Assembly (NCBI RefSeq): GCF_009914755.1
Contig: NC_060937.1
Source of the DNA: the human T2T-CHM13v2.0 reference genome, Homo sapiens
Reading direction: 5' to 3' (one strand)
Length of the DNA stretch: 64,000 nt
Both the position numbers and the translations under genes were made by a program. The notes under the pieces were generated by a model that was not told the origin of the DNA, did no database searches, and saw only the letters and a program-made list of their open reading frames with translations. Shown here one piece after another: positions 1-15,694 of the stretch. Each line of letters begins with the position of its first letter. Position 1 is the stretch's first letter.

Positions 1-2039
1 CAAGTGGTGGTTTATGAATACAGTGAAAATTAAGAAGATGGCTGAAAAACAACAAAAGTTCGGGAGACGCCAGTTTTGTTTCTCAGATTAACTAGTTATT
101 TGCCTACTGAAAGAGAAGTTATGTGGGAAAAAACATGTCTGAGTGGTAGTAGGGGTGAAGTTGGGAGACTTTGGGATCATGGAGATGTTGAATCTGGGGG
201 TTCCTGAGGGCCGGAAAATCATAGCACAGAGATCATGGTAATAGGGGAATAGAAGCCAAGAAGGGCCATAGAAATGTGACAAACAGGAAAAGATTGTTGT
301 TTCTTCATAGAGTTATGCAGGGCTGACCTGGCTCATGTGAGATGCGTTTTTCTTCATGGTGGCAAATGGCAGGATTATGAAGGAAGAAAAAGGTCTTCAT
401 AGATATTTTTGCAATTATGCAGATACTCATTAAATTGGGATGTTTAGGTACCTGCCTATTACAAAGGCTACCCAGGCATTCCTTAAAGACATCATGGCTG
501 TGACAAACTTACTGATAAGAATTCAATGATAATCAGTGTAGGGGATCTCCAGGAAGCTTATTTTTCTGTAATAACGGCTTGAGATTAAGCAGACAGTAGC
601 ATTTCTCTGGCTACCATTTTATTTTACAAGTATTCATAACATCTTTGGGAAAGGATGCCCCAAGTCTGTAAAGGCAGCTTGCCCATGCTGCAAGCAGCAG
701 CAAAGAATGCTTTTGAAGCTATGTGTTTTCCAGTACCTTATGATTCAGAGTTGCATGCAAACAAAAGCTTGCAGGAAGTTCTCCCAAACCTCCCTGGAGC
801 TGTCCTTAATACTTGGTGTGCTAACAATAATCTCAGCTTGGGAAGCAGTCTTCTATTTCTCACCCCCAAGGTTCAGCAGGCTGAGGCAGGAATTGCCTCA
901 ACTGCAAGTGCTTCTGAGCTCCAGGCAGAGAAGAGGGACTTCTGACCTCCCAATGCAATGTTCTGAAGTGTGGATTTAATAAAGGAAAAAAGAGTATTAG
1001 TGACTTGACTGCTTTAGGCCAGGTGGTTATAAAGTCCAGACGTTTCCCCCTGATAACAAGATCTGAAAATCAAAATTGCTTAGTTGTAAATTAACTGCTG
1101 AAATTTGGCTAATGTATCGAACGCCCTTTAGAGGAATGGCATTTTATAGCTCAAGGTCAGAAAAACTGCATAGAGTTTCAGTTTTGTGAATATACCAATA
1201 ACTTCCAGGCTGGGTCAGGTATATCCAATAACTAGCTATGGGCCCTAGTTGGATAGGACCTTCTTGGGACTTTGTTTTTATCATCTTAAAGTTAGAAGTT
1301 TCAACCAGATAACTGAGAGCTGCCCTTCCACTCCAACAAGCTGTATGCCAACACCTTTCCAAAGGTGACCATCAATTTGTTCTGGTGTGTCAGGCGGGGG
1401 AAACTGGGGCTTAGGAAAGAAAATGGAGAAGATATTTATTTTTCACACATACAGTGGAAGGCTTTGTGCACATCTGGCAGTAACATTCTGAGGTCAATCC
1501 TTTACAAAGTCATCTAATATAGCAAGCAATTCCTTGTAAGCAATGAATGACTGTTAGCAAGATGGAAGAACAACTTTGGGCATAGAAATGGCCTCTGACA
1601 ATGGCACAAGTGTGTAATTGCCTCTTATTACACAAGACATTATCCGCAATGGTAAACTTAAAGCTTTTTTGTTTTGTTTTGTTTCTTAAAGCTTCTTTAA
1701 TCTGTCCTTGTATCCGGGAAGACTCGATCATTACTTGCCTTTTTCCCCCAAGTAAATTTGTACCCCAAGGAAATATGAGTTTTGTGCTCATTCTGCTTGA
1801 ACACATTGACATTTTGTTAACTGACTGCCCGTTCTCATGAGGGGTCAACACAGATGGCAGCCTTTGAGGTCTCAGATGCAAGCCCTCCTTCCTTGAAGGA
1901 GGTTGGAGCCTGAATAAGAAACATAAATATCTGTTTCAATGAGATTTTCTTACAATTTCAAGAACTAAATCCCCCTACAGGTTATTATTTTGGAATTTTA
2001 ATTCTCTGCTCTTAGGTCTTCAAAGAGTATATATTTATC

Positions 2040-2300
2040 CATCTATCCATTCATTTGTAAATAATTAAATTCAAGTTTGGTGCCAGCCGCTATGAAGCAC
2101 CAGGGATACAGAGGTGACTTTGACACAGTTCTTGACTCTGAGAATTCACAACTGTGTTTGGAAGACAGCCATGTAATCAGCTCATTAAAGAATTGTATTC
2201 ATTATTAAATTTGGTTTGTTCATGACAAAAACTCAACTTCATACAGCTAAGGTATGTAAGGAGTTTTATTAGATCAAAAAGAGAAAAAAGTGCAGTCAGC
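2040..2300 (-). mobile_element. L2 LINE 3' fragment
   Basis: CCATTCATTTG..GTGCCAG..GGGATACAGAGGTGA..GACACAGTTCTTGACTCTGAGAATTCACA resembles the reverse complement of the L2 3' end; highly diverged. Confidence 0.55.
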
Positions 2301-3157
2301 ACTTGGGCTTTTTTTAACATAAAAGTCTGAACTTTAGGGTATCTTTCTTTGGAAAAAAAAAGAGGATATTCTAGAAAGACTGGCATGCATTCCTGGAAAT
2401 GCATGAGGAAGCTAACTAAACTATGAGGTATAGCTGAGGAGTGGGTGCCTCCTAAATATGGGGCAAGTGCTTTCTTGTTCCTCTCAATCCACTATTTGCA
2501 CTGTATTTATATATGTAATTACACTCAGCCCTGGCCACTCATTTGTGTTTCTTGTTTCTTCTCCTTAAGCATTTGAATTATTAGATTCTTGGATCAGAAG
2601 AAGGTCACGCTGGAGGTGGGAAGACCAGTTGGTAAGTTATCACAGCAGTGTCTGCAAGAAAAGGTGCTGGCAATGCAGATGGAGAGTCAGGAATAGTGGC
2701 AAGATATTTTGGTCATGGTGACAGAACTTGGTCACTGGAGGATTACATATTTTTACTTCTCCAGAGATATTTTTGGAATCTTTTGGATTTGTTTCCTCTA
2801 TGCATTTATTTCAACCTGATTATGGAAATCTTTCAGACATTACGTATTATTTTTTTCCTCTCAAGGAACAAACTAGAGCCCTAGAGAAAATAGACCAGGA
2901 GTGTTGAGGAGGGGGCCTGGCTAAGCATTCTTCAAAGTAAGCCGGTCTAAGCCCAGGTTGAGTCCAGGGAGAACCACTAAGCAAGGTTCAGGGAGCTATT
3001 CTTAGGGAAGCAAAACATGATCAGACACTCAGAAGTCAGGCGCAGTATCAGGAACCCAGGTAAAGACAGAAGCAACAAGAATCAGAGGCCTTGGCTTTGA
3101 GGCCAGCAACAGGTTAGAGCCCATCCAAGAGTCTGGGTAACAGTCACGGGATGAAAA

Positions 3158-3256
3158 GTGTATGTGTGTGTGCACGTGTGTGTGCGCACACATGTGTGTG
3201 TGCACGTGTGTGTGCGCACACATGTGTGCGTTTGTGTGTGTGTGTGTGTGTGTGTA
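3158..3256. repeat. Compound (TG)n/CACGTG/GCGCAC microsatellite with a 30-bp period
   Basis: Two copies of TGTGTGTGTGCACGTGTGTGTGCGCACACA followed by (TG)n; read directly. Confidence 0.95.
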
Positions 3257-3489
3257 ATGTGGATGAAGCTGAGCCTCCAGGTGGAGGAAGTAGGTAGAAG
3301 TGAGGATTTAGGGGCCAAGAAGCAAGGCAGTTCCTGACAGTCCAGGGAATCCACACTCAGAAGAGTGCTCCTGGCTTCCTACGTGTGCTACTTCTCTTGC
3401 TATTCCCAGGGCATATTGCCTGGTGGTCTGCAGAGTGAGCATTCTGGTCTGATTCTCCCAAAGACAAGAGGAAGAGAGGAAACCAACCT

Positions 3490-3660
3490 TCAATGAGTGC
3501 TTTCATTAGGTCAAGTATCTTCTTGTTTAGGGTTCACAACAATACTAGGAAGGCATTATTCTCAGAGTAACCTGACAGAGATCACAGGACAAAGCAGTGG
3601 CCAAGCCGGGATTTGGACATGAATCTGCCCATCTCCAAAGCCCACGCTCTTCCACTCATT
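3490..3660 (-). mobile_element. MIR SINE fragment
   Basis: GCCGGGATTTGGAC..TCTGCCCATCTCCAAAGCCCACGCTCTTCCACT matches the antisense MIR 5' region. Confidence 0.6.
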
Positions 3661-3824
3661 CCACATGGATGCTATAGCAGGGACCACTCAGTGTCACGTT
3701 TGCTCTTGGATTCTGGAATCAAGTGCTTATCTTCCAAAAAGTATTGTTTTTAATCTCATGTATGGTGTTCATTACATTTAACTTTTAACAAAGTCACTAA
3801 TGATCTTTAAAAAAAAATTCCCAA

Positions 3825-3962
3825 TGGAGTGTGAGCTTCTGTAAAAGCAAATACTATGTCTTATTGTCTTATCTCTGTAATCCCCACAGTGCTAGCATGA
3901 CACCTTCATAGATGCAAGGATTGCGTGTGCATGTGCATGTGTGTGTGTGTGAAATGAATGGA
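3825..3962 (+). mobile_element. L2 3' end fragment
   Basis: GTGTGAGCTTCTGTAAAAGCA..ACTATGTCTTATT..TCTCTGTAATCCCCACAGTGCTAGCA..TGAATGG, typical of the L2 terminus. Confidence 0.6.
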
Positions 3963-5284
3963 CATTCTTTCTTCACTTATCCCTGCTCCCTGTGACCCTA
4001 TGTAGGTTCTTTGCCTCCTGCTCCTATAACTTCTGCACTTCTTCTGGAGCTATTTAATACATAGACTTCGGTTCCTCTATTTAGCTTCCAGAGACTATTT
4101 TATCTTGATTTCTCTATACGTGCTGGATTTGGGACTCATAGAGTCCTTTTTTCTTGCACATACTCTGTTTTCCCCAGTACATTGTCTCCTGGGATCTTGG
4201 CTGTGTCTTGGACCCAGAAGCTTCCTATACCTGGATGCAAAGACTGCCTTGAGGGAATGGAAAAGACTTTACATAGGTTGAGGTGACACATGAAGCAGAC
4301 TTTGAAGATGAGAGGGAATTTTCAAGTGGAGATGAAAGTAGAGAAAAGGTATCTTAAGGAAAGGAAAAGGTATGTGTGATGGTTTATTTGAAGATCTGTG
4401 AGAAATTTAATGTCACTGGAGCCAATAGTGAGTAGTGGAAGATGAGGTCAAATTAACTTTTTAGTAGGATAGTTTTTCTTTTTCTACTTGTTTCTCAGCG
4501 TGAGGCAATGGAATGCAAAAACGACTCTTCCGAGTTAATGTCCATGGCTCTTGGAAGAGTATTGCAGCCCTGGGAGAGAATGTCTCAGTTCTGGAACCAC
4601 TAGACAGAAGAGTTTGTGTTTCTCCTGAAGAGCTTCAGGGATAGAGGGAGCTCCCCAAGATTATAATTCTTCCCACCAGTTTTCTAATACTTGCTGGTCA
4701 GAAATGTCTGCTTTCCAACTAACATCTGATTTTTAAAAACCATTTTAGGTAGAATAGATGAAGTTTCCAAAAATCTTATGCTGTCCCTTAAGGATTTAAA
4801 TGTTTTAAGCTTATTTTAAATGCAGCTATTTATTAGAAAACATTGGGAAATTATTAATCATTTCATCGTTTAAATAAACATTAATGTTGTAGAGTGTTTT
4901 TTTGATATGCACGATATTTTTTCTGAACTAAATTGAAATCACTTTTTCTATGCAATGTTTTTATCACTTGCAGCCTTAAAATTTTAATTATGAATAATGT
5001 AAATATCTGAGAAGAAAACTTTGATTCTGTTAGGCATTTTCCTCAGGTTGAGAAAAAAGTACTTGGCCTTTTAAAGTTGGAGATTTCTACTTTAGAAAAG
5101 TCCTGTAAAACAGTGTGATGGTCTAAGTGTATTAGAATAAAATATACCTAATGATTAATTTTAATTTTTGTCGATTTTGAATTTTTAGGAAAGCTTAAGT
5201 AGCACAAATACAGTGCAATAATTTTATCTATAGACAAAATGTTTATGTTAAATCTTCTCCATCAATCTCTATTTCCAGGAGTTT

Positions 5285-5476
5285 AATTCATCCTGGCCCT
5301 TCCACTCACTCTCTGTGTGATTTTGGGCAAGTCATTTCTGTGCCTCAATTTCCTCATTTTTGAAATGGAGATAATAATAATAATAACAATTACGGTAAGG
5401 ATTAAAATGAATTAATATTTATAAAGTTCTTAGAACAATGCCTGGCACTTAGTAAGCATTCAACAAATCTTAGTTA
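5285..5476 (+). mobile_element. MIR SINE
   Basis: TGTGTGATTTTGGGCAAGTCATTTCTGTGCCTCAATTTCCTCATTTTTGAAATGGAGATAATAATA..AGAACAATGCCTGGCACTTAGTAAGCATTCAACAAAT (MIR core and 3' end). Confidence 0.85.
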
Positions 5477-5496
5477 AACTTAAAAAAAATTTTACC

Positions 5497-5858
<362 letters not shown>

Positions 5859-7339
5859 TCACAGAGGAAAAATTTGGGTCTATTTTTCCAATATAATGAG
5901 ACTCAGAAAAACTCTGAACATTAAAATTTTAAATAATTTTGTTATAAATATAGGTCTTCTAATGTCTTCCCATTTGGGAAAAGACTTACCACAGATGACA
6001 GGTTCTCCCTTCAATGTCTAGGGAGACAAGTCTCTGGCATTCTAATAAACTGCAAGGAATATATTCACATTCTTTCACGTTCATATTCCCAGGAAACAAG
6101 AAGTAGCAAAATCCAGCACTGCCTCTTCATTAAATTTAGGAACAAAACTCATCCTTTAATTGAATTCTTATCTAATGACTCAGAGCTTGGAGGCAATCTG
6201 ATACCTTTAATTTGGAAGTTTATTATGTATGTTAATGAAGACAAAATCATGATTATCTAGTTCTTGTTTGCCCTCTGTCACCCTGTCTCTTACATACTAC
6301 ACCACTTCCCACACCCAAATATATTGTTTGTTGATTAATGAGAGTAAGCTTTTCTTTTTTCTTTTTTTTTTTATAAGAAGCACATATTGGAGCTGGGGGG
6401 TGTAATTGATCCTTCCTTCTTTCTCCAGGGACTGGTGATTTAGTTCTTGGTTGATGATTGGGTAGAGAGTGGAAGCCACGGTAATGGTGAACAGCAGAAA
6501 TCTGAGGGATTCTAAAGATACTAGTGTTCAGGGAGAAGGATGACCTCTAAAAGGGAATAAAAAACAAGGACAATGAGTTTACATGGCTCTATACTAATGG
6601 GAAAATACACACCTCTCAAACAATAGGTGATGTTATAGTGAAACTTTCCGGAGTGGGTGTAAAGAGAAACAATCCTGACAAGCAGAAGGCAAATGTGCAT
6701 AAGAGACTGGAGGGAGGAAGCAAATATACATCCAAAGAAGCATGCATCTCAGAAATCCAGGATTATTAAAATAGCTCATACATCGAAAAGCAGAGCTATT
6801 CCTAGTTCTTCTGCATGTCAGTTTGTTGCTAAGTGCCACCTGGCATGTGTACTTTGAAACTGGGAATTTTATTCCTAGGAAAAGTGTGTAAATGTTTTCC
6901 TGCCAGCAGACATAAACAGTGCTAATAGCAGCAGTGTTAAGCTGTGTCTTCTAAGACCTATCAATTTGTGGAGCTTAATTCTTTTCTTAGATCTCAAGAC
7001 CCCATGTTCTTCCTGCATCGGTTTTACAATCTCTGAAGTAATTAAGCTTCATCTAATAATTCTTTCTAGCTCCACAGTGGTTGCAGTAGCTGTGCTTTCC
7101 GCCACTGAAAAACCAAGAGTTATCCATTATAAATGCTGATTTGTGAGTTCTGAGAAAGTATACAGGAAACCAGAACTCCTGAAGCTGACTCGCTATAACT
7201 CATGTTACTCAGCTGCATCAGGGGATTGACAGCTGGACAACCCTCCATCTGCAGGCATTGGTTTTTCTCCTCTTGGGTGCCTTCCTTACCTTTCTCCAGT
7301 CTATGTATTCTCAGAAAGCCTCTTCCCAAAACTCTAGGG

Positions 7340-7470
7340 CACCACTGTCCATTTTCACTTTTTGTGACTATGAAAATATTCTACATTAGAAATGTCTACT
7401 GTGGTAACCACTAGCCACATGTAGCTACTGAACACTTGAATGTGGGTACTGTGGCTGAGAAACTAACTTT
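7340..7470 (+). mobile_element. MER3 (hAT-Charlie) left part, split by L1
   Basis: CTGTCCA..GGTAACCACTAGCCACATGTAGCTACTGAACACTTGAATGTGG..GAGAAACTAAC matches MER3; the remainder is at 15612-15694. Confidence 0.8.
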
Positions 7471-7739
7471 AAAAAGTTTCATTGAAGTATAATTGACACA
7501 CAGCAAGTTGTACATATTTGAAATGTACAATTTGATAAGCTTTGACTATAAATAGACACATGAAAACAACACCCAATTAAGATAATGAACATAGCCATCA
7601 CCCCGAAGAGTTTCTTCATAACCCTTTTTTAATCCTTCCACTCCACTCCTCCATCCTCAGGCAACAACTGCTCTGTTTAATGAAACTAAGGATTAGTTTG
7701 CATATTTTAGAATTTTATATAAATGAAATAATAAAGTAG

Positions 7740-8147
<408 letters not shown>

Positions 8148-9175
8148 TAGTTCATTTCTTTTTATTACAGAGCAGTATTCCATTAGATGGATATACTACA
8201 GTTTTTCTATTCAACATGTTGATGGATACTTGGATGTTTTCCAGTGTTTGAAGATTACAGATAAAGCCGTGAACATTCATGTACAAGTTTTTGTATGGAC
8301 AGATCCGTTCACTATTTTTTGAGTAAGAACCAACCTAGGATGGGAATGGTGGCATCTTGTAGTGAATGCATGTCTAACTTTCGAAGAACTGTCAACCTGT
8401 TTTCCATCTGTAGTTTATGAGAGTTCTAGTTCCTCCACATTCTTGCCATAGTTAGTCTGTTTAATCTTTTTAACTTTGATCATTCTAATAGGTTTGTAAT
8501 AGCATCTTATGTGGTTTTAGTTTACATTTTTCTAAGGAATAATGATGTTGAGCACCTTTTCATGTGCTTGTTTGCCATTTGCATGTCTTCTTTGGTGAAG
8601 TGTCTGCTTGGATCTTCTGCCGATTATTTTTGGGCCGCTTGTTTTCTTATTGAGTTTCCAGAGTTTTTAAAAATATATATTCTGGATACAAGTTCTTTAT
8701 AAGATATATTGTTTTGAACAATTTTATGCTAGTTTCTTGGATGCCTTTTCATTTCTTAACAGTGTCTTTTGAAGAACAGAAATTTCTAATTTGGAAGAAG
8801 TCCAATTTATAACTTTTTAATGGATTATGCTGTTATTGTTGTGTCCAAGAAATCTTTGCCTAACATGAGGTCATAAAGATTTTCTCTTATGTATTTTTGT
8901 AGCTATTTTAAAGGTTTAGATTTAACATTTAGGTCTGTGACCCACTTCATGTTCATTTTTGTGTATATTATACACAAGGTATAGATCCAAGTTCTTTTAA
9001 AATTTTAATTTGGATATCAAATTTTCTCAGCATCATTTGTTGAAAAGACTATCCTTTCTCTATTACATTGCCTTTGAACCTTTGTCAAAATCAGTTTTCC
9101 AAATATGCATGGATTTATTTCTGGGCTGTTTATTCTTCCTTGTTGATCTATTTGTCTATCATCTTGCAAAAACCT

Positions 9176-9498
<323 letters not shown>

Positions 9499-9796
9499 CA
9501 TGTTGTTTTTATTTCTGTAGATTTATAATTCTTGAAATCAGGTAGTGCCAGTCTTCCAACTTTGTTTTTCTTTTTCAACATTATTTGTTTATTCTAGGTA
9601 GATTTTATTTCTACAAGAATTTTATAAAATTTATCAATTTCTATTTTTAAAAAGCTCCCTGGGATTTTTATTGTAATTGTATTGACTCTATATATCAATT
9701 GAAGGAGAACCACATCTTACCAACATTTATCCTCCTGACCCATGAAGAGAGTGTATCATTCCATTTATTTAGGTCTTCCTTATGTTTTGCTAGTAA

Positions 9797-10221
<425 letters not shown>

Positions 10222-11231
10222 TGATTTTTGTAAATTGATAATATATTCTGCAAAAGTCCTTGTACTTTCCATTGGATTTTCTACATGTTTTCTGCAAATA
10301 AATACAAGTTTGTTTCTTCCTTTCTAATCCAGATGCCTTTTCTTGAGTTATTGCAATGACTAAGAACCTTCAGTTCAATATTGAATGCAAGTACTGAAAG
10401 TAGAATCTTTGTTCCTGCTCTTGGTGGGAAGTGTCCAGCTTTTCTCCAGTAAATGTGATGTTAGCTGTAGATTTTTCACAGATGCCCTTTATAAGAATGA
10501 GGAAGATCCTTTCTATTCTTAATTTCATGAGAGTATTATTAGGAATGGATGTTGGATTTTTGTCAAATGTTTTATATATGTCTATTGAAATTATCATACA
10601 ACTTTTCTGTTTTAGTTAATTTATATATGAATTACATTATTTTTTGAAGGTTAAAGTAAACCTCACTTGGTCATAATGTACTAATGGGTTTGATTTGCTA
10701 AATTTTGTTTATATTTTTTGCATATATTTTTATAAGGGTTTTTTCCTTTTTCTTTTAATGTCTTTGTCTGGTTTTGGTATCAGGGTAATACTGGCCTGGT
10801 CTCATAGAATGAGTTGGGAATTAATTCATCCTCTTCAATTTTTGAAAAATTATTTGTTTAGAATTGATGTTATTTCTTCCTTAAAGGTTTGGCAGAATTT
10901 ACCAGAGAAGACATCTGGGCCTGAACTTTTCTCTGTGGAAAGGTTTTAATCTATAAGTTTGATTTCTTCAATAATATAGGACTATTTTAGTTATCTATTT
11001 CTTCTTGAATGAATTTTAGAAGTTTCTGTCTTTCAAGGAATTTGTCCATTTCATCTAATTTGTCATTTACTGGCATAAAGTTATGCAAAATATTTCTCTA
11101 TTATTCTTTTAATATCTGTAGAATCTGTAGTGTGTTCACTTCTCTTATTCATAGGTTAGTAATTTGTGTCTTCTTTATTTCCTGGTTACTTTGGCTAGAT
11201 ATTCATTAATTCTATTGATCTTCTCAAATAA

Positions 11232-11650
<419 letters not shown>

Positions 11651-11780
11651 TGAGTTTAATCTACTTTTTTATTTCTCCAGTTTCTTAAGGCAGAAGCTAG
11701 GGACATTAATTTGAGACCTTTCTTGTTTTCTAATATAGGTATTTAGTGATATAAACATCTCCTTAATTATTGTTTTAATG

Positions 11781-12488
11781 GAATTCTGACACCAACTGGT
11801 GTACTGCAATTTAAGGCTAACACTAACTATTGGAGTTAACCTTAGACTCTAAAGTCTCAGGGGCACAGTTGAATGAGACTATGATCAATTCCATTTCCAG
11901 CTGTAAATGGGGTCCCAGTCCATCTGCGCTTCTTACCAGATTCAGAGATTCCATGATCCCATTAGGTTTGATAAGTTGCTAGAATGACTCATAGAATTCA
12001 GGAAAGCACTATATTTATGATTATAGTATTATCATAAAAGAATTAGGGTCAGCTCCATAGGGCAAAGTTCAGCAGGATCCTGAATGCAGAGCTTCCATGT
12101 TCTCTCTCTATAGAATTAGGATGCATTGCCCTCCTGTCGCATCAACATGCTCAATAACCAAAATGCTGAACTGAGCTTCAGTGTCCAGAGTTCTTATTGG
12201 GGTTTCATTACATAGGCATGATTGATTGAGTAATTGGCCAATCTCCAGCTTCCCTCCCTTCCTTAGTGGTCAGGCTGGCTCAAAGTCCCACCCATCTAAT
12301 CATATAATTGGTCTTTCTGGTGGCCCATGCCTATAATCCTGAGTCATCTCATTTTTTAGCATAAACATAGGTGTGATCTGAGAGGCTCATGAATAACAGA
12401 GACATTACTATTACTCAATAAATTACAAGGATATCTTATTCTTCCCAGGAACAAGGGACAAAGGGCAGTCAAATTCTGTATTATACAA
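11781..12488 (-). mobile_element. MER21-like ERV LTR nested in L1
   Basis: GGTTTGATAAGTTGCTAGAATGACTCATAGAATTCAGGAAAGCACTATATTTATGATTA and terminal GGGACAAAGGGCAGTCAAATTCTGTATTATACA match recalled MER21; L1 resumes at GTGGCATGTCACAAATTTTG. Confidence 0.7.
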
Positions 12489-15400
12489 GTGGCATGTCAC
12501 AAATTTTGATATGTTTAAATTTGGTTTTCATTTAGTTAAAAATACTTTTTAATTTCCCTTTTGATCTCATATTTAACCCATGGGTTATTTAAAACATATT
12601 ATTTAGTTTCCAAATATTTGGGGGATTTTCCAGAGTTCTCTCTGTTGTTCCTTTCTAAAAATTCCACTGTGGTCAAAAACATACTTTATATAACTTGAAT
12701 CCCTTTAAACTTATTTGGGGCTGTGTTACAGCCCAGCATATGAACTATCTTTATAAATGTTTGGTGTGCACCTGAGAAGAATGTGTTTTCTGTTGAATTG
12801 GGGGATTTTTTCTATAAATATCAATATTTAAAGTTGGTTTGCAATATTATTTCATTATTCTATATCCATATTGATTTTCTGTCTGTTCTATAAATTATTG
12901 AGACAGAAGTACAAAAATGTCCACTGTAAGTATGAATTTCAGTTCTCCTTGCAGTTCTATCACTTCATGTATTTTAAAGCTCTGTTATTAGGTGTATAAG
13001 TGTTGAGGATTTTTATGTCCTCTCAATGAATTGACCTATTTATCTTTGACAGCTTTATAAATGACCATCCTTATCTTTGACAGTATTTTTTGTTCTGAAA
13101 TCTGCTTTGTCTTATGCTAATGTAGCCACTCTAATTTTCTTCTGGTTAGTGTTACAGTAATACAGCTTTTTTCATTCTTTTAATCTATGTGTTTCTTTCT
13201 ATTATATTTATAGTGTGTTTCTTGTAGACAGTATATAATTGGGTCTTACTTTTTTATACATTCTCATAATATTGGTAATTTAATCAGAATGTTCAGACCA
13301 TTTCCACTGAATGTGATTATTGATTTGGTTACATACATCTTGCTATTTATTTTCTATTTGTCCTATCTGTTCTTTGTTTCTTTTTTCTCTTTTTCTTTCT
13401 TCTTTTGCATTAATTTTCTTTTTTTATTATTTCATTTCTCTTCTGTGTTATTTTATAAGTGTTAATTCTGTTTTATTGCTATAGCTGTTTGAAAATCTAT
13501 AGTAAAATAGTTTACTTGTCATATTCTAGCCTTAAGTGCTATTATATGACTTACCAGTAGCAGTAAAAGAACCTTACAATAATATATTTTCTTTACTCTC
13601 ATCTTTTGTATTGTTGTTTTTACACATGTTCATTTTATATATGTGATCATTATAAATCACATATATAAATATAAAGTTATTATACATGTCATTTTAATAT
13701 ATAATATATATTATAAACACCATACTACTTTATTATTATTTTTAGTTAGAAAGTCAATTATATTTAAAAACATTTAAATAATCTAAAAATGTACTTACTC
13801 CTGTGGCTACTATTTCTAGTCCTCTTCATTCCTTCGTGTAGACTTATATTTCTATCTGGTATCATTTTCCTTTTACCTGAAGGACTTGCTTTCACATTTC
13901 CTCCCTTTACATTTATTTTATTATTTATTTGTTTTTCTTTCTTCCCATACTACTGTGATGTAATCCCTTTATATTTCTAATCATGTGTGTGCTGTTAATG
14001 AATTCCTCAACTTTTGTAAGTTTGAAGAAGTCTTTATTTTGCTTTTATTTTTTGAAAAAAATATCTTGCTGGTTATAGAATTCTGTGTCAGCCATTATTT
14101 TTTCTTTCAGTACTTTAAAGATGTTGTTTCACTGTCTTCTCACTTGAATTGTTTCACACACAAAAAATCTCCCAATCTTATCTTTGTTTCTCTGTATGTA
14201 ATGTGTCTTTGTTCTCTGTCTTCTTTTAATCTTTTTCACTGGTTTTGAGCAATTTGATTATGATTTGCCTAGTTATATTTTTCTTCCTGTTTATTTTGCT
14301 TGCAGCTAATTGAAACTTTTGCTTATAGTTTCTATCAAACTTGGAATGTTTTCAGCTATTATTTCTTTAAGCATTTTTTATATCTTCCTTGATTTATCCT
14401 GTCCATCAGAGACTTCAATTACATGTATATTAGGCCATGTGAAGTTATTCCACACTTTACTGATGTTATGTTCTTTGATCTATTCCCCTTTTTCTCCTGT
14501 TTTATTTCCATTTGTTTCTCTTTTTATCTCTTCCTATCTTTTCTTTGGCAATGTCTAATCTTGTCTTAATCTCATCCAGTACATTTTCTATCTCACACAT
14601 CGTAGTGTTCTTTTCTAATGGATCAATTTGGGTTTTTAAAATTTCTTTAATGTCTCTACTTAATTTTTTAAATATATGGAATACAGTTATAATGTGTTTT
14701 AATGTACTTGTTTATTAATTCTAACATCTGTGTTAATTTGGAATCAATTTTGATTGATTTTTTTCTCTTTAGTATAAATCATATTTTACTGCTTCTTTGC
14801 ACACATAATAATTTTTTATTGAAGTCCAGAATTGTTCATTTTACCTTGTTGGGTGCTGGATATTTCTGTATTCCTATAAATATTCATGAGCTTTTATTCT
14901 GGGATGCATTGTAGTTACTTAAAAATAATTTTATTTTTTTAGCTTCCGATTTTAAGATTTGCTATGCTAGACCAAAGAGATGTTCAATCTAGGGCCAATT
15001 ATTTAACATTACTGAAACAAGACCTAGCAAGCCTTTCTGGGCTCTTTATCCAATGACTTATCAATCAGAAGGTTTTCAAGGTTAGCTAGTGGGAACAGAT
15101 ACCATTCTGAGTCTTGTGTGAGCACCAGGTACTGTTTTCTGTAATTCTTTTGGATGGTTCTTTCCTAGGCTTTGGGTAGTATCCTCACTTGTAAACACTG
15201 ATCATTACTCTGCTAAAAACTTTCCACTGGTTCCTTAGGGAGAACCCTGCAGACCTCCAGGGTTTCATGTTCATGCTGTTGCCTCCTCTCCAGTACTCAT
15301 TCCTATAAAATCTAGCTATCTCCATTTACCTGGACACTGAGCTTCATGTGCTTGACTCTGAGTATCTATCAGTCTCCTCCCAGGTTTGCCCTCCCTTTTC

Positions 15401-15611
15401 CACAGCCTGTAAACTTTCTTAAGGCAGTAAGTTATGACAATCATAAAGCTCCCCTTTTTGTTTTGCATATTTCAGAGATCACCGTCCTTTGTTGCCTGAT
15501 GTCCAATGTCTTTAAAACCATTGCTTTATATATTTTGTCTATGTTTTATTTGTTTCAGTGGGATGATAAATCCATTTTCCTGTTATTCCATGTTGGCTGG
15601 AAGCATAAGTC

Positions 15612-15694
15612 TAGAACTAAAATTTTAGTTTAATTTAGTTTAACTAACTTAAACAGCCATGTGTGGCTAGGGGCTCCCATATTGAACAGGGCAG
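15612..15694 (+). mobile_element. MER3 right part
   Basis: AATTTTAGTTTAATTTAG..AAACAGCCATGTGTGGCTAGGGGCTCCCATATTGAACAGGGCAG is the MER3 3' end. Confidence 0.8.

Noticed and set aside
655-945. 96-aa ATG ORF with protein-like composition
   Set aside because: No family recognised, no promoter or splice context; length is within chance expectation.
1845-1862. CTCF-like CAGATGGCAGC
   Set aside because: The 5' half of the core (CCAS) is missing; only an E-box is supportable.
4735-5235. AT-rich block that might be an old DNA transposon
   Set aside because: Could not identify TIRs, TSD or a family from sequence alone.
5983-6035. Minus-strand donor GTG|GTAAGT with a possible 28-nt exon
   Set aside because: Acceptor is short and weak; isolated donors are common by chance.
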